DNA from: the human T2T-CHM13v2.0 reference genome, Homo sapiens
DNA length: 64,000 nt
Strand: one strand, 5' to 3'
NCBI RefSeq assembly: GCF_009914755.1
Contig: NC_060932.1
Part shown: in pieces, positions 34,614 through 49,992 of the stretch
Layout: each line of letters starts with the position of its first letter
How positions within the stretch are numbered: the stretch's first letter is position 1
The notes under the pieces: model-generated
The model's input: only the letters and a program-made list of their open reading frames with translations
Databases searched by the model: none
What the model was told of the DNA's origin: nothing
Program-made: the position numbers and the translations under genes

Positions 34614-34737
34614 TGTGTGATGAGCATAAGGAATTCAAGGATGTCAAACTCTTCTACCGCTTTAGAAAGGATGACGGCACCTTCCCATTGGATAATGAAG
34701 TGAAGGCCTTTATGAGAGGACAGAGGCTATATGAAAA
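34614..34737 (+). CDS. DEPTOR: DEPTOR coding exon 3 (end of first DEP domain and linker)
   Basis: Acceptor gtgtttcAG|TG and donor AA|GTATGT. The 124 nt continue the exon 2 frame: (V)CDEHKEFKDVKLFYRFRKDDGTFPLDNEVKAFMRGQRLYE(K). Confidence 0.97.
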
Positions 34738-35032
34738 GTATGTTCCGCATGAAATCCCCCCTGTAATCTTGACTTATAGAAAGAAGCAGAACTGTGCCAG
34801 TCTCATTATGTTGATTTCAGCGTGGCTTTTCTATGTGGGCTGGTTACATAACTGTTCTTTTCCATATGAGAAAACTATCAAGCATTTGCTGTCTCTTTGC
34901 CAGAAAATAAGTCAATTTCATAAGGTTCTTAATAAAGAATTTACTTAAATCTTATTTTCTGTATTTAAGTTGATTCTACAAAGCTCCAGAATTTTTGTTT
35001 ACCATCAAATGATGTGGATGCCCCTTTCCTCT

Positions 35033-35334
35033 CTTATTTTTATTTTTTATTTTTTGGCACTGAGTCTCACTCTTGCCCAGGCTGGAGTGCAGTGGCATGA
35101 TCTCGGCTCACTGCAACCTCCGTCTTCTGGGTTCAAGTGATTCTCGTGCCTCAGCCTCCTGAGTAGCTGGGACTACAGGCATGAGCCACCACACCTGGCT
35201 AATTTATGTATTTGTAGTAGAGACAGGGTTTCACCATGTTGGCCAGGCTTTTCTCAAACTCCTGACCTCAGGTGATCTACCAACTTCGGCCTCCCAAAGT
35301 GCTGTCATTGCAGGTGTGAGCCACCGTGCTTGGC
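35033..35334 (-). mobile_element. Alu (AluS-like)
   Basis: Antisense dimer. Confidence 0.95.
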
Positions 35335-35728
35335 CCCCTTTTTTCTTTTAAATACTGTTGTTTTGTAAATTGGAGTTTCAGGCTTGTAAGTGACTGGAGA
35401 AGCAGCATCGAGAGCAGGGGAATTGGTCAGGCCAGGAGATGAGTAGTGAGAGAACTTCAGATAGCTGGATGTCTATGAGGAACAAGTTTCAGCCCTTTCA
35501 AGAGATAAGTATAGTGTAGCACAGGAGTTTTTGGTTGGTGGGTCTCGAATCTTCTGAGTGGCCATCTCTGGGTTGATCTGCTACTTCTGTGGCCTCTTTA
35601 CCATTCTGCCTTCCTCATTTAGTTTTCCAGGGCAACCATTAGAAAAAGGGGTGCAGAAGCAATGGCACGTGCTTTGTAACCCTGGCTGCCTTACAAGACT
35701 TGAGGGAATTGAAAAATACGTATTTATC

Positions 35729-36029
35729 GGCCAGGCACGGTGGCTTATGCCTGTAATCCTAGCACTTTGGGAGGCCGAGGTGGGTGGATCACTTGAGGTC
35801 AGGGGTTGGAAACCAGCCTGGCCAACATGGTGAAAGCCCGTCTCCACTAAAAATACAAAAATTAGCCCACCATGGTGGTGAGTGCCTGTCATCCCAGCTA
35901 CTCGGTAGGCTGGGTACGAGAATCGCTTGAAACCAGGAGGCAGAGGCTGCAGTGAGCCGGGATCACGTTACTGCACTCCAACCTGGGTGACAGAGTGAGA
36001 CACCATCTCAAAACTAAAAAAAAACAAAA
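35729..36029 (+). mobile_element. Alu (AluS-like)
   Basis: Full dimer. Confidence 0.95.
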
Positions 36030-36109
36030 CATATTTGTCACATAAAAGAGCCTGTTGTACAGTGGGTGGGGGTAAGGGTCTGGGTGGGTGTCTGAGTGGT
36101 CAGATTAAT

Positions 36110-36320
36110 TGGCATGATGGTTAAAAGCCAGACAGAGTTTGAAGTGTAGCCCTGTCACCTTACCTTTGTAAAGCTCAGTGTCCTCATTAGTGACATGACA
36201 GCAGCAATAGAACCTACCTCCTAGTGCTGTTGTGGGAGTTAAACGATAGCTGTGTCAAGTGCTTAAGTATTTAGCTCAGGGTCTCTGGTGTGTAGTAAGA
36301 CCTCACAGATGATAGCCATT
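36110..36320 (+). mobile_element. MIR SINE
   Basis: ctcagtgtcctcatt...aatagaacctacctc...gttgtgggagttaaa. Confidence 0.65.
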
Positions 36321-36758
36321 CCAAATACGAGCACAGTACTGACGGCCACCCTCGACTGTGTCCTTCCTGTGTTATGCGCTCTGTCCCAGTTCTTGTCTCC
36401 GTTTCTTGAGGTGGAATGATCACCATTTGATGTCCTAATTTGTACTCAGTCTACTATCACTTGCTTTCTATACTGAAATGGAGAAACTCTCTCATCTTTC
36501 TGACTCACATGAATTTGAATGGAAGGGATCCATCAGAACCTCCATTTGTTTACTTGAACATGTGCATTTGTTTTGTTGCTACTTTCTTTTAATTTCTTAG
36601 TTCCTTTTGTAAAATTCTAGCAGGTGTTAGGTATTTCAATTACAATGATGTTCCTTTCAAACAATGATTCTATGTTGGCCAAAACATGCATGTCATCTCC
36701 ATGGATGAAGGCCAGTGGATTCTGTAAACGCTTTTCCTTTTTTTTTAATTAAAAAAGA

Positions 36759-37073
<315 letters not shown>

Positions 37074-37359
37074 ATAACACTCTTCTCTAGCTACAGCTTA
37101 TCTCTTGGGATCTGCATAACCACACTGTGGGGCAGGGATCAGCTATAATTGAAAATGTCTGGCAGAGAACTGTTATTGCTTAATGGGATAGTTATGATGG
37201 CAAGACAGTAAGAAGAAGAGTTAAAGTTGCTCACATCTTCTAGAAAGCAGACTTACTCCAGCCTCATGTTCTGTTGGATCTCCCTTCCATCCTATGGGCC
37301 AGTCACACAGCACTGTGTATCTCTGAGCATCTTCTTTCCCTTCAGGAGATGCATTAATG

Positions 37360-37880
37360 CATTAATTATTCAACAAATATAGATTGAGCCCTTTCCACAT
37401 GCTAGGCACAGCTAAAGACACCAGAAATGCCTGTAGCAAAGCCCCTGCCTTCATGAGCTTGCACTTCAGTTGAAGAGGCAGACATTAAAGGCACAGACAC
37501 ATGAAGATGTGACAGAGTATAATACAGGTGTCGTCGGTGCAAGAAAGAAAAATAGACTTACTGAGGGTGGTGGGGTACTTTAAATAGGGGCATCGGGGAA
37601 GACGTTTTTGAAGAGACAACATTTGAATAAAGGAAGCCTTGCAGATATCTGGTGGAAGAACATCCCAGGCAAAGGGAACGGTAAGGATAAAGGCTTTGAG
37701 ATGGGAATGTGCTGGACATATTTAAGGGCAGTAATGAGACCAGAGTGTCCAGAGGGCAGAAGAAAAGAGGAGAGTAGTAGGAGATGAGACAGGGCCAGTT
37801 CATAATAAGGCCCTTAAAACCACGGTAAGAACTGGTGATTTTAAATGTAATGGGAGGCCGTTGGAGAGGAGGGAGTGGGG
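37360..37880 (-). mobile_element. L2 LINE 3' region
   Basis: attcaacaaatat...gcccctgccttcatgagcttgc...gcagatatctgg...aggcaaagggaac. Confidence 0.75.
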
Positions 37881-38010
37881 AAGTGGCAATCTGATATACT
37901 TCTGCATGTGCTGTTCCCTCTGCCTAGAGGACTCATGCCGCTCTCACCCCTTTCCCTAAATCACTGACTCCTGTGGCTTCCAGTTAATTGTGAAGGTGGC
38001 TCAAGTAATA

Positions 38011-38248
38011 TGTGGTGGCTCATGCCTGTAATCCCAGCACCTTGGGAGGCTGAGGTGGGCAGATCACCAGAGGGCAGGAGTTCGAGACCAGTCTGGCCAA
38101 CATGGCGAAACCCTATCTCTACTAAAAATATAAAAATTAGCTGGGCGTGGTGGCTGGCACCTGTAATCCCAGCTACTTGGGAGGCTGAGAGGCAGGAGAA
38201 TCGCTTGAACCTGGGAAGTTCAAGCCCCCTTTCTTTGAGACAGAGCAA

Positions 38249-38250
<2 letters not shown>
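38011..38250 (+). mobile_element. Alu with rearranged right arm
   Basis: Normal up to cgcttgaacctggga, then a non-consensus insert, then gacagagcaaga. Confidence 0.92.

Positions 38251-38300
<50 letters not shown>
38251..38300. repeat. (CA)25 microsatellite
   Basis: Pure run in place of the Alu tail. Confidence 0.98.
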
Positions 38301-38302
<2 letters not shown>

Positions 38303-38656
38303 GTTTATTATTTGTAAGTTAAGCTTCTTAATGCACTTCCTTTAGATTATTTTACCTAAGCTTCTTTTTAAAATAGATGGAGCATTACTTTACTGGCCCA
38401 TTTTCAGAGGGAGCATCTGGGATCCAATGCATTTAAGTAATTTATATGTGATGTTGACACAGTTTGCGAGGGACAGGGTGAGACATGAACCTGGGGTGGC
38501 AGGTGTTGGGGCTGCTGCTGTCTCAGCAGCTCTGAGGGGGTGGGCGTATTGTCAGTATTTCTTTTTGGCTCTTTTCTTGCTTGTTTGTTCTGTGTTATAA
38601 ATAGGACTTTGTGAAACTTTGTGGTTTCTGACTGAGGTTTTGCTGAACCATGTTGA

Positions 38657-38980
<324 letters not shown>

Positions 38981-39234
38981 TGGGTACCCTGGCTTTCTAA
39001 CCCATAGTGGTGTTTCTCAGTCTGCTCGTTGGTAGGATAAACCCAGGTCTCAAAACTACAATTTCAGTAACTCTGCTGGCTCTTAGTATGTATGTCACTC
39101 TAGTTACCTTACTTGAGACATGCTGGAACAAACACTAATGAAGAAGCAAGAAGCTGGCCCTTTCAAGTTGCCCCAGTGTGAGTGAGGAAAGCTTTAGAGG
39201 AACTGGAGGCATGGATCGTCCTGCACAGTGAGTG

Positions 39235-39725
39235 GCAATGGCTGTAGGCTCTGGAGTCACACAGCCTGGGTCTTCCATCCCAGCTTCACAACTTGCTTGC
39301 TTTGTGCCCTTCAGCAGGCTGACTAAATCTCTGTGATCTGCAGTCTACCGTGGAGATAAGGCTGGGACCCACTGCTGGAAAAGGCTGTTGGGAGGACTGA
39401 CCGAGATCTATCTGTACAGTGCTGAGCACACTGCTTGACATGGACTGAGAGCCTAGGAAATGTTAGCTGTTGTTATTAGAGTAGTAAATAATAATATAAA
39501 TACGTGACACCTATTCTTGTTTTCTCAAATTATTTTAAGATGCAGCTTTGCATAGCAGATAACAGCCCAGGAGCCCAGCTACCTGGGTGTGAATCTTGGC
39601 TCCATGCCTTGGGGCATGTGGCTTTCTCTCTCTCTGTCTCCATTTGCCTATCTAGTAAATGGAGTTACTGACCATCCTGACCTCATAGACTTGTTGTGGG
39701 AGTAAAATGGACTAATGAGTATGCA
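39235..39725 (+). mobile_element. Two adjacent MIR SINEs
   Basis: ggctctggagtcacacagcctggg... and gagcccagctacctgggtgtgaatcttggctcc...acctcatagacttgttgtgg. Confidence 0.65.
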
Positions 39726-40238
39726 CACAGGACAGGGCCCGCATCAGATATGAGTGTATGCTATTGCTCACCTCCTGCTGCCAGCTGTGGGGGAGTATGA
39801 GAAAGAGTGTGTGCTTATGGATTGATGCCCTGATGTTGTCATTTTGAGGAATTCATCTAAGTACATTCAGGGCACAATACACTTTCATCAACAAGCTCTA
39901 AGCTCTGCTGAGTCTTCATTATGGCCAGCAAATGGACTGAGGGTGCAAAGAATAAGGCATAGCATTTTGTCTCTTCGGGAGGGGCTTACAGCTCTCCACT
40001 TAATTTTGCATGGGCACAAGTACCCAAGACACTCAACACATGAACATAAGTCACATTTTCCCAAACAGTACAATTTTTACTTCTCAAAGGAAACCTTTAT
40101 AAGCAGGATAGTACTCATAACTTAAAAGAACAATGTTGAATCTCTATCCGCGGCCTTAAGATGGTAGAAAGGGTTTTGAGTGCATGTTCCCCACTGCAAA
40201 ACTTGATTGGCAAAATAGATTTATTTAAGAAAAAAGCT

Positions 40239-40562
<324 letters not shown>

Positions 40563-41542
40563 TCAGGATTATCAAGTCCTCTGTATAGTAACAAATAAAA
40601 TCAGCTATAAAAGTGAGTGTGTGTTTGAGGTACAATTTGGTTTTTCCTCACTAAACCCAGTAGTTGAAATGTATATTTTAAACTAACTTCGATTTTATCT
40701 TCAAACTTAGAAGAGACTTCTTAATTTTAATTCAACCTCAGTTTTGATATGGAACTAAATCCCCTCTTAATCTGGTTCATAGACACATTAGTCTAGTTGT
40801 TTTTTTTTTTTTTTTTTTTTATCCAAAGGGCCTTGATTTTCTCAGCAGCAGGAGTTTCTATCTCCAGCTACTATTAGTCTCTTTATCCTGCTTAGGAGTT
40901 TAGACCTGATGAAGAATTGGCTTAACAAGCCCGTATGCCATTAGATGTCTATTGAATTCCTACTGCTTCCTTCAATTTCTTTTCCACAGGACCAAAGAGA
41001 AATAAAAGGGAGAGAGTACATCCAAAGAGGCAAAGCCCTTCTGCGTGTTTTATCTTATCAGAAGTTTCTCTACCCTGTGTGTTAGGATCTTTCTCCTGTT
41101 CTCTCCCAGTGCCTGGGACAATAAATATTTGTTGAATGAACAAAGGGCTCTACATGTTGTGATCGCTATAAGCTGCTGAGCCTGTACCATGAGCTACACA
41201 GAGCTTGCTTTTAATAACAAGCAACAATAGCCAGAATTCACCTTGTCTGGCCTCTTTAGAGCCCACAAACCATCATATACATTAATTTGTTTGATCCTCT
41301 GTACAACTCTGTGAGTTATATCCAGCAGGCATAATTATTCCCATTATAAAAATGGGGGACATGAGCTGTGGAGAGAGGTTTAATGACTGAGATAGACCCT
41401 AGGTAAGGAACTGGAGTGAAAAACAAACAAAAAAAGTCTTCAAGCTTTTGTCTCCATCTTGTTCTATTTCCAGTATAGAGGTGTTTTTCAGGTGACCAGC
41501 CTGGGCAGCATAGTGAGACTGTTTCTATTAATTTTACAATAA

Positions 41543-41874
<332 letters not shown>

Positions 41875-41928
41875 TTAAACTGAGATCCTGAGTTTTACAA
41901 ATTGCAAACTGTAATAAAAATATTTTCT

Positions 41929-42202
41929 GGCCGGGCTCACGCCTATAATCCCAGCACTTTGGGAGGCCGAGGCAGGCGGATCACGAGGTCAGGAATTCAA
42001 GACTAGCCTGACCAATATGGTGAAACCCAGTCTCTACTAAAAATACCAAAATTAGCCAGGCGTGGTGATGGGTGCCTGTAGTCCCAGCTACTTGGGAGGC
42101 TGAGGCAGGAGAATCGCTTGAACCCGGGAGGCAGAGTTGCAGTGACCCATGATTGCACCACTGCACTCCAGCCTGGGTGACAGAGCAAGACTGTCTCAAA
42201 AC
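41929..42202 (+). mobile_element. Alu (AluSg-like)
   Basis: Dimer with a short deletion near the 5' end. Confidence 0.94.
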
Positions 42203-42412
42203 ATATACATATTTTCTAATATATGCATAGATATGCACTTTCACAGTTTACTTGTGCTGCCCTAGTGGTTACATATAATTTTAGAATGAATGTTCCCGGC
42301 CTTCTTGGTTTATTTGAACAATGTCCTAAGATTGCAATGTGAGTGGGTTAAAGTTGTTACCTTTTGTAACTTTCTGTTTGTGTGACCAGAGATGTTTACA
42401 CTATGTAACTAA

Positions 42413-42928
42413 TGTCAAGAACTGTTAGGAGTCTGAGATTTTTACCCTACTTGCAAGCTCACAAGTTTGCTGCCACCATTTTGTGGATACTGGCAGAAAA
42501 CAGAAGACCTCTGGACAAAGACAGCTCATTACTCTCAGGAAGAGCAACAGCCAGAGTATCATCAATTTTAATGAATCAATTCCCAAGCCATAGTTCTCAC
42601 AGAACAGCACAGTGAGGGGCAAGTGATACCTGCACATGCAGTGGGCTGTGTGACAGCAGAGGAACCCTAAGCTTCAGGAACCTGAATATTTTATAATGGT
42701 CTTCAAGAAAACTTGCCCTCTGTCTGAGATAAGGAAGATGTTATCTTCATTATGCTGGCAGAAAACAAATCTGCCCTGTTGCTCCAGAAAGAAATACTAC
42801 CTTTATCTCTTAGGTCTGTTCACTTTACAAAAATTCTTGAAAAGCTAGTCTGGAACAAAAGCTGTCAGTGCTTCTGCTTATAAGACATAAAGAAATCTGA
42901 GAGACCCATAAAGAGTTATCTTCTAACA
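42413..42928 (-). mobile_element. Solo LTR (ERVL-class, LTR47-like; family uncertain)
   Basis: TG...CA termini (tgtcaagaactg...ttctaaca) with near-TSD actaa/actac. Confidence 0.7.
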
Positions 42929-43307
42929 ACTACCGCAAAATGTACAAGTAAATTGGATTCCGTAGCTGATCATTGGAGTAACTGTAATTATCCTCACCAA
43001 TCCTCTTATTTCTTTATTTTTTGTGTAATCAAGACTACCTTATAGGTTTCTCTGTTTAACTTTTATAAGTAAATGTCATAAACATGAAATTTGAAAATGG
43101 ATTATATGAAAGATTTCAGAAAAGAAGTTAGTTTTAAAAGTTTTAAGCCTATGCTAATTTTAAAGGGCCATCATCTCTTCCCACAGGGTATTTAATAACT
43201 TTAGAACAAAATTTAAGTGGTTTTATTGTTCATGTGCAGCTTAGAGCCATGGGAAATTTTTCACCTAGAAATACATGTTTGTTAGATGCTCCTGAAATCT
43301 GTATCTT

Positions 43308-43609
43308 TCTTTTTTCAATTTTTTTTTAATTGAGACAGAATCTTGCTCTGTTGCCCGGGCTGGAGTACAGTGGCACAATCTTGGCTGGTTGCAATCTCTG
43401 CCTCCTGGGTTCAAGTGATTGTCTTGCCTCAGCCACCCCAGAAGCTGGGATTACAGGTGTGCATTACCACACCTGGCTAATGGTTTATTTTCAGTAGAGA
43501 GCGTTTTGCCAGGTTGGCCAGGTTGGTCTCAGAGTTCTGGCCTCAAGTGATCTGCCTGCCTCGGCCTCCCAAATTGTTGGGATTACAGGTGTGAGCCACC
43601 ACACCCAGC
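43308..43609 (-). mobile_element. Alu (AluJb/S-like)
   Basis: Antisense dimer. Confidence 0.93.
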
Positions 43610-43740
43610 CTGCCTGCCTGCCTTCCTTCTTTCCTTCCTTCCTCCCTCCCTCCCTCCCCGTTTCTCCCTCTCTGCCTTCCCCTCTCTCTTTCTCTTTCTC
43701 TCTTTCTTTCTCTTTCTTTCTTTTCATTGTGTTCCTTCTT

Positions 43741-43779
<39 letters not shown>

Positions 43780-43785
43780 TTCTCT
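43608..43785. repeat. Compound polypyrimidine tract (CCTG/CCTT/CCCT/CTTT/(CT)n)
   Basis: Visible low-complexity sequence. Confidence 0.95.
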
Positions 43786-44220
43786 AATTTCTTTATAGGA
43801 AGCCATGCAAAGTTGTCTAGCCTGACAGGTTATTCAGATGCTTTGTAATTTGCCCATCAGGGGTCTTGGGGACTGAAGAGACTACATAAAGCAAACTCAG
43901 TGTTTTATAACTCTAAATTTCAACAAAAAGTTTATACTGTATAATTTCTCTATGTAAACAATGTCTCATAAATTATAAGTGTCATTTAAAGTATGTCAAA
44001 GAGTGTGCTTGCATGTTGCAAATAACCAGCCCTAGGTCACCTAACTTTGTTGGCTCGCTCATCTTCTGTAGCGGCAAGCTTGGTCTGCCGGGGAAGGGCC
44101 GTCTCAGGAGGCAGCCTCATGTCTAGTTTCATCCAGGTAGCTGAGCTCAGTCCTCTTTCCTCGGAGTAGAGCAACTAGTCAGTGTCTACATATTTGGTTA
44201 TACCAAGGGACTGGTGGTAA

Positions 44221-44575
<355 letters not shown>

Positions 44576-44736
44576 AGTGTGGCTATTATTTTAAACAAAC
44601 AAACAAACAAAATTTGTGTTGGTGAGTAAGTGGGGAAATTAGAACCCTTGTGCATTGCTGGTGGGAATGTAAGATGGTGCAGCAGTTATGACAAATGGTA
44701 TAGAAGTGTCTTAAAAAAGTAAACATGTAATTACCA

Positions 44737-45045
<309 letters not shown>

Positions 45046-45264
45046 CATGTAATTACCATGATCCAGCAATCCTACTTTTGGGTATGTACCCAAAAGTAGA
45101 AAAGCAGGATCTTGAAGAGATATTGGCACACCCATATTTCTAAACAGCATTATACAGAATAGCCAAAAAGTGGAAGTAACCCAAGTGTTCACTGATGAAT
45201 GAATAAACAAAATGTGATAGCCACATATAATGGAATATTATTCAGCCTTAAAAAGGAAAAATAT

Positions 45265-45575
45265 GGCCGGGCACAGTGGCTCACGCCTGTCATCCCAGCA
45301 CTTTGGGAGGCCGAGGTGGGTGGATAACCTGAGGTCAGGAGTTTGAGACCAGCCTGGCCAACTTGGCAAAACCTCGTCTCTACTGAAAATACAAAAATTA
45401 GTCGAGCGTGGTGGTGGGTGCCTGTAATCTCAGCTACTCAGGAGGCTGAGGCAGGACAATCACTTGAACCCGGGAGGTTGCAGTGAGCCGAAATCGCGCC
45501 ATTGCACTCCAGCGTGGGTGACGAGTGAAACTCCGTCTCAAATTAAAAAAAGAATAATAATTTTAAAAAAAAGAA
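45265..45575 (+). mobile_element. Alu (AluS-like)
   Basis: Full dimer. Confidence 0.94.
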
Positions 45576-45876
45576 AAATTATTCTGACACATGCTTCACA
45601 ACAGAGATGGACCTTGAAGACATTATGCTAGGTGGAATGAGCTCATCACAAAAGGGATAAATATTATATGATCTTACTTGTGTGAGGCACCTAGAACAGT
45701 TAATTCATAGAGATGGAAAGTAGAATGGTGGTTGCTAGGAGCAGGGGAAAGGGGGGAATAGGGAGTCATTGTTTAATGGGTTTAAAGGTACAGTTTAGGA
45801 AGATGAAAAAGTTGTGGAGAGGGATGGTGCTGATGGTTGTACACTGCTATGAGTGTACTTCGTGCTACTGAACTTA

Positions 45877-46199
<323 letters not shown>

Positions 46200-46989
46200 G
46201 GTTAGAATGGTAAATTTTATGTTGTGTATATTTTACCACAATAAAAAATAAAGTAAATCAATATTTTAAAACACACAAAAAGGCAGGGAGTGGGGAACAT
46301 ACAGGCTTATCTTATCAGTGTACTGGCAAGCAAGAGAAAGCCAAAATGATATCTAAACAGTTGGGGCCAGATGTTTTTGATCAGAGGAGTTGAAGAGATA
46401 GCAGAGTAAGCCTGGAGATGTTGATAATGATGAAAGCAGCAAACCCAGGGCGAGTAGCCCTTACTGATGCTTATTGTATACCAAGAACTTTACAAGTATC
46501 TTCTAAAAGCTTCGTTCTAAACCAAGAAGATAAATATGGTTATTCTCCCTTTGGAAAATAGGGAAATTGAGTCTAGAGAGTTTAGCTAACTTGCCTAAAT
46601 TCACACAGCTGGAAAGTGTGGGAGAGCATCTTCAAACCCTGGTTTCCAGCTCTAGGACCCATGATCTTAACTTTTTCCTTCAGTCCCAGGCAGCAACAGT
46701 AATGAACCCACTAAATAAAGATAAACGGTATGCAGCTTAATCAATTTTTAAATGAGTGGGGGAAAAAGTGTCTGTCACTTGGCTCATGCCAACTTTTTGG
46801 GTCTAGTTTTGGAAATCACATCCTTCTTACCGTTTCTTTGTAATGCCCCCCTCCCCCTGCTGTAACATATATGGCAATTTGTTAACATGCAAAACAGGCA
46901 GCCGGCCAGCTGTGCTTGCCAGAAGCCATCAGCCCTAGATTGTCATCTGCAGATTTCTAGCTCTGGCTTAGTATGTAGAAGTGACTTGA

Positions 46990-47307
46990 TTTATTTTTTA
47001 TTGATTTATTGATTGATTTTTTGAGACGGAGTCTCATTCTGCCACCCAGGCTGAAGTATGGTGGCATGATCTTGGCTCACTGCAATCTCCACCTCCTGGT
47101 GAGTTCGAGCAATTCTCCTGTCTCAACCTTGTGAGTAGTTGGGACTACAGGTGTGTGCCACCACGCCTGGCTAATTTTTGTATTTTTAGTAGAGACGGGG
47201 TTTCGCAGTGTTGTCCAGGCTGGTCACGATCTCCTGACCTCAGGCGATCTGCCCACCCTGGCTTCCCAAAGTGCTGGGATTACAGGCGTGAGCCACCGCG
47301 TCCGGCC
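46990..47307 (-). mobile_element. Alu (AluS-like)
   Basis: Antisense dimer; TSD gtgacttgattta. Confidence 0.95.
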
Positions 47308-47825
47308 GTGACTTGATTTAAAGGTAAATATATTGCTATTTGAATGGTAGACTGGACTCATTGATGGTGGAGATTGACTGTGCTGGCTACTTCCGCCAAG
47401 TTTTCCTAATCCTATGTAATGTCAGGGCTATGAACCAAGTTTCTGTAACACTGATTTTGCTAATCCATCTCTGTAGTAATTTTTCAACTTGATAGAATGC
47501 AGAAATCATTTAAGTTTTCTGGAGTTGAAGAAGGACATGTCAGAGTTCTTATCCTGCCCCTTATTAGCAAGACATTCAGCTTTTCTGAGTCTCTGTTTTT
47601 TCATGGGAAAATGGGAAGAAAATGCATACTTCACAGGCATATTGTGAGGACATGATAAAATCCAGTGGAGTTTCATCTAATGCAGGATATGCTAGGTTTC
47701 TAATAAACAAGGAAAAATGCAATGCATGTAGTCTAAAGTATCCTTGTGCTACCCAAGCTGCATAAAAAACACATGCCTTCCTATACTAGAATTGTATTCA
47801 GCATGGTGAGATATTCAGCTTGTAT

Positions 47826-48941
<1,116 letters not shown>

Positions 48942-49215
48942 TAAATTGTCTTTTTTATTAACCCATTTGCATAGCCTTGTTATTTCTGGCTGGGAGCCTG
49001 TGAAATCCACTTGGAAAGTGAGACGAGTTCATCTCCCATCTCCTTGAGTGGACAGGCAGGCAGAATTATCCACACTCTATAAATGGAAAAGCCACTTGCT
49101 CTTTTTGTTTTGTTTTGTTTTCTTCTGATTGTGTACTATGCATGATGTGATGGTTGAAGTTGGCACGTGATACACTTAGTGGCCACTGTTGTAAGAGCAT
49201 GGAATATGGCTGGAT

Positions 49216-49755
<540 letters not shown>

Positions 49756-49992
49756 TATAATGAATTATTTTGACACCCTTCCTCTCTGCTTCTGTATCAC
49801 CTTGGGTCCCAGCACAGCAGCCATCTCAACAGGGTGATTGAGTCTTGATGTGTCAGTCTCTCCAGCTGAACTATAAGCTCTCTGAGGTCATGCACCTTGA
49901 GGCCTCACACAACTTTGGTATACATACATAGCATATGCCCCATAAATGTTTGTTGAAGAGATGAATAGATAGATGAATGCATGGTAATTCTT
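49756..49992 (+). repeat. 237-bp direct repeat, copy 2
   Basis: See copy 1. Confidence 0.95.

Noticed and set aside
34586-34948. 120-aa ORF
   Set aside because: Exon 3 plus read-through into introns; the splice sites define 34614-34737.
39669-39683. DR3-like nuclear receptor element (AGGTCAggaTGGTCA on the - strand)
   Set aside because: Imperfect, lies within a MIR, and is expected by chance in 64 kb.
43491-43848. Charged E/R/K-rich and S/L/F-rich ORFs
   Set aside because: Translations of a purine/pyrimidine simple repeat.
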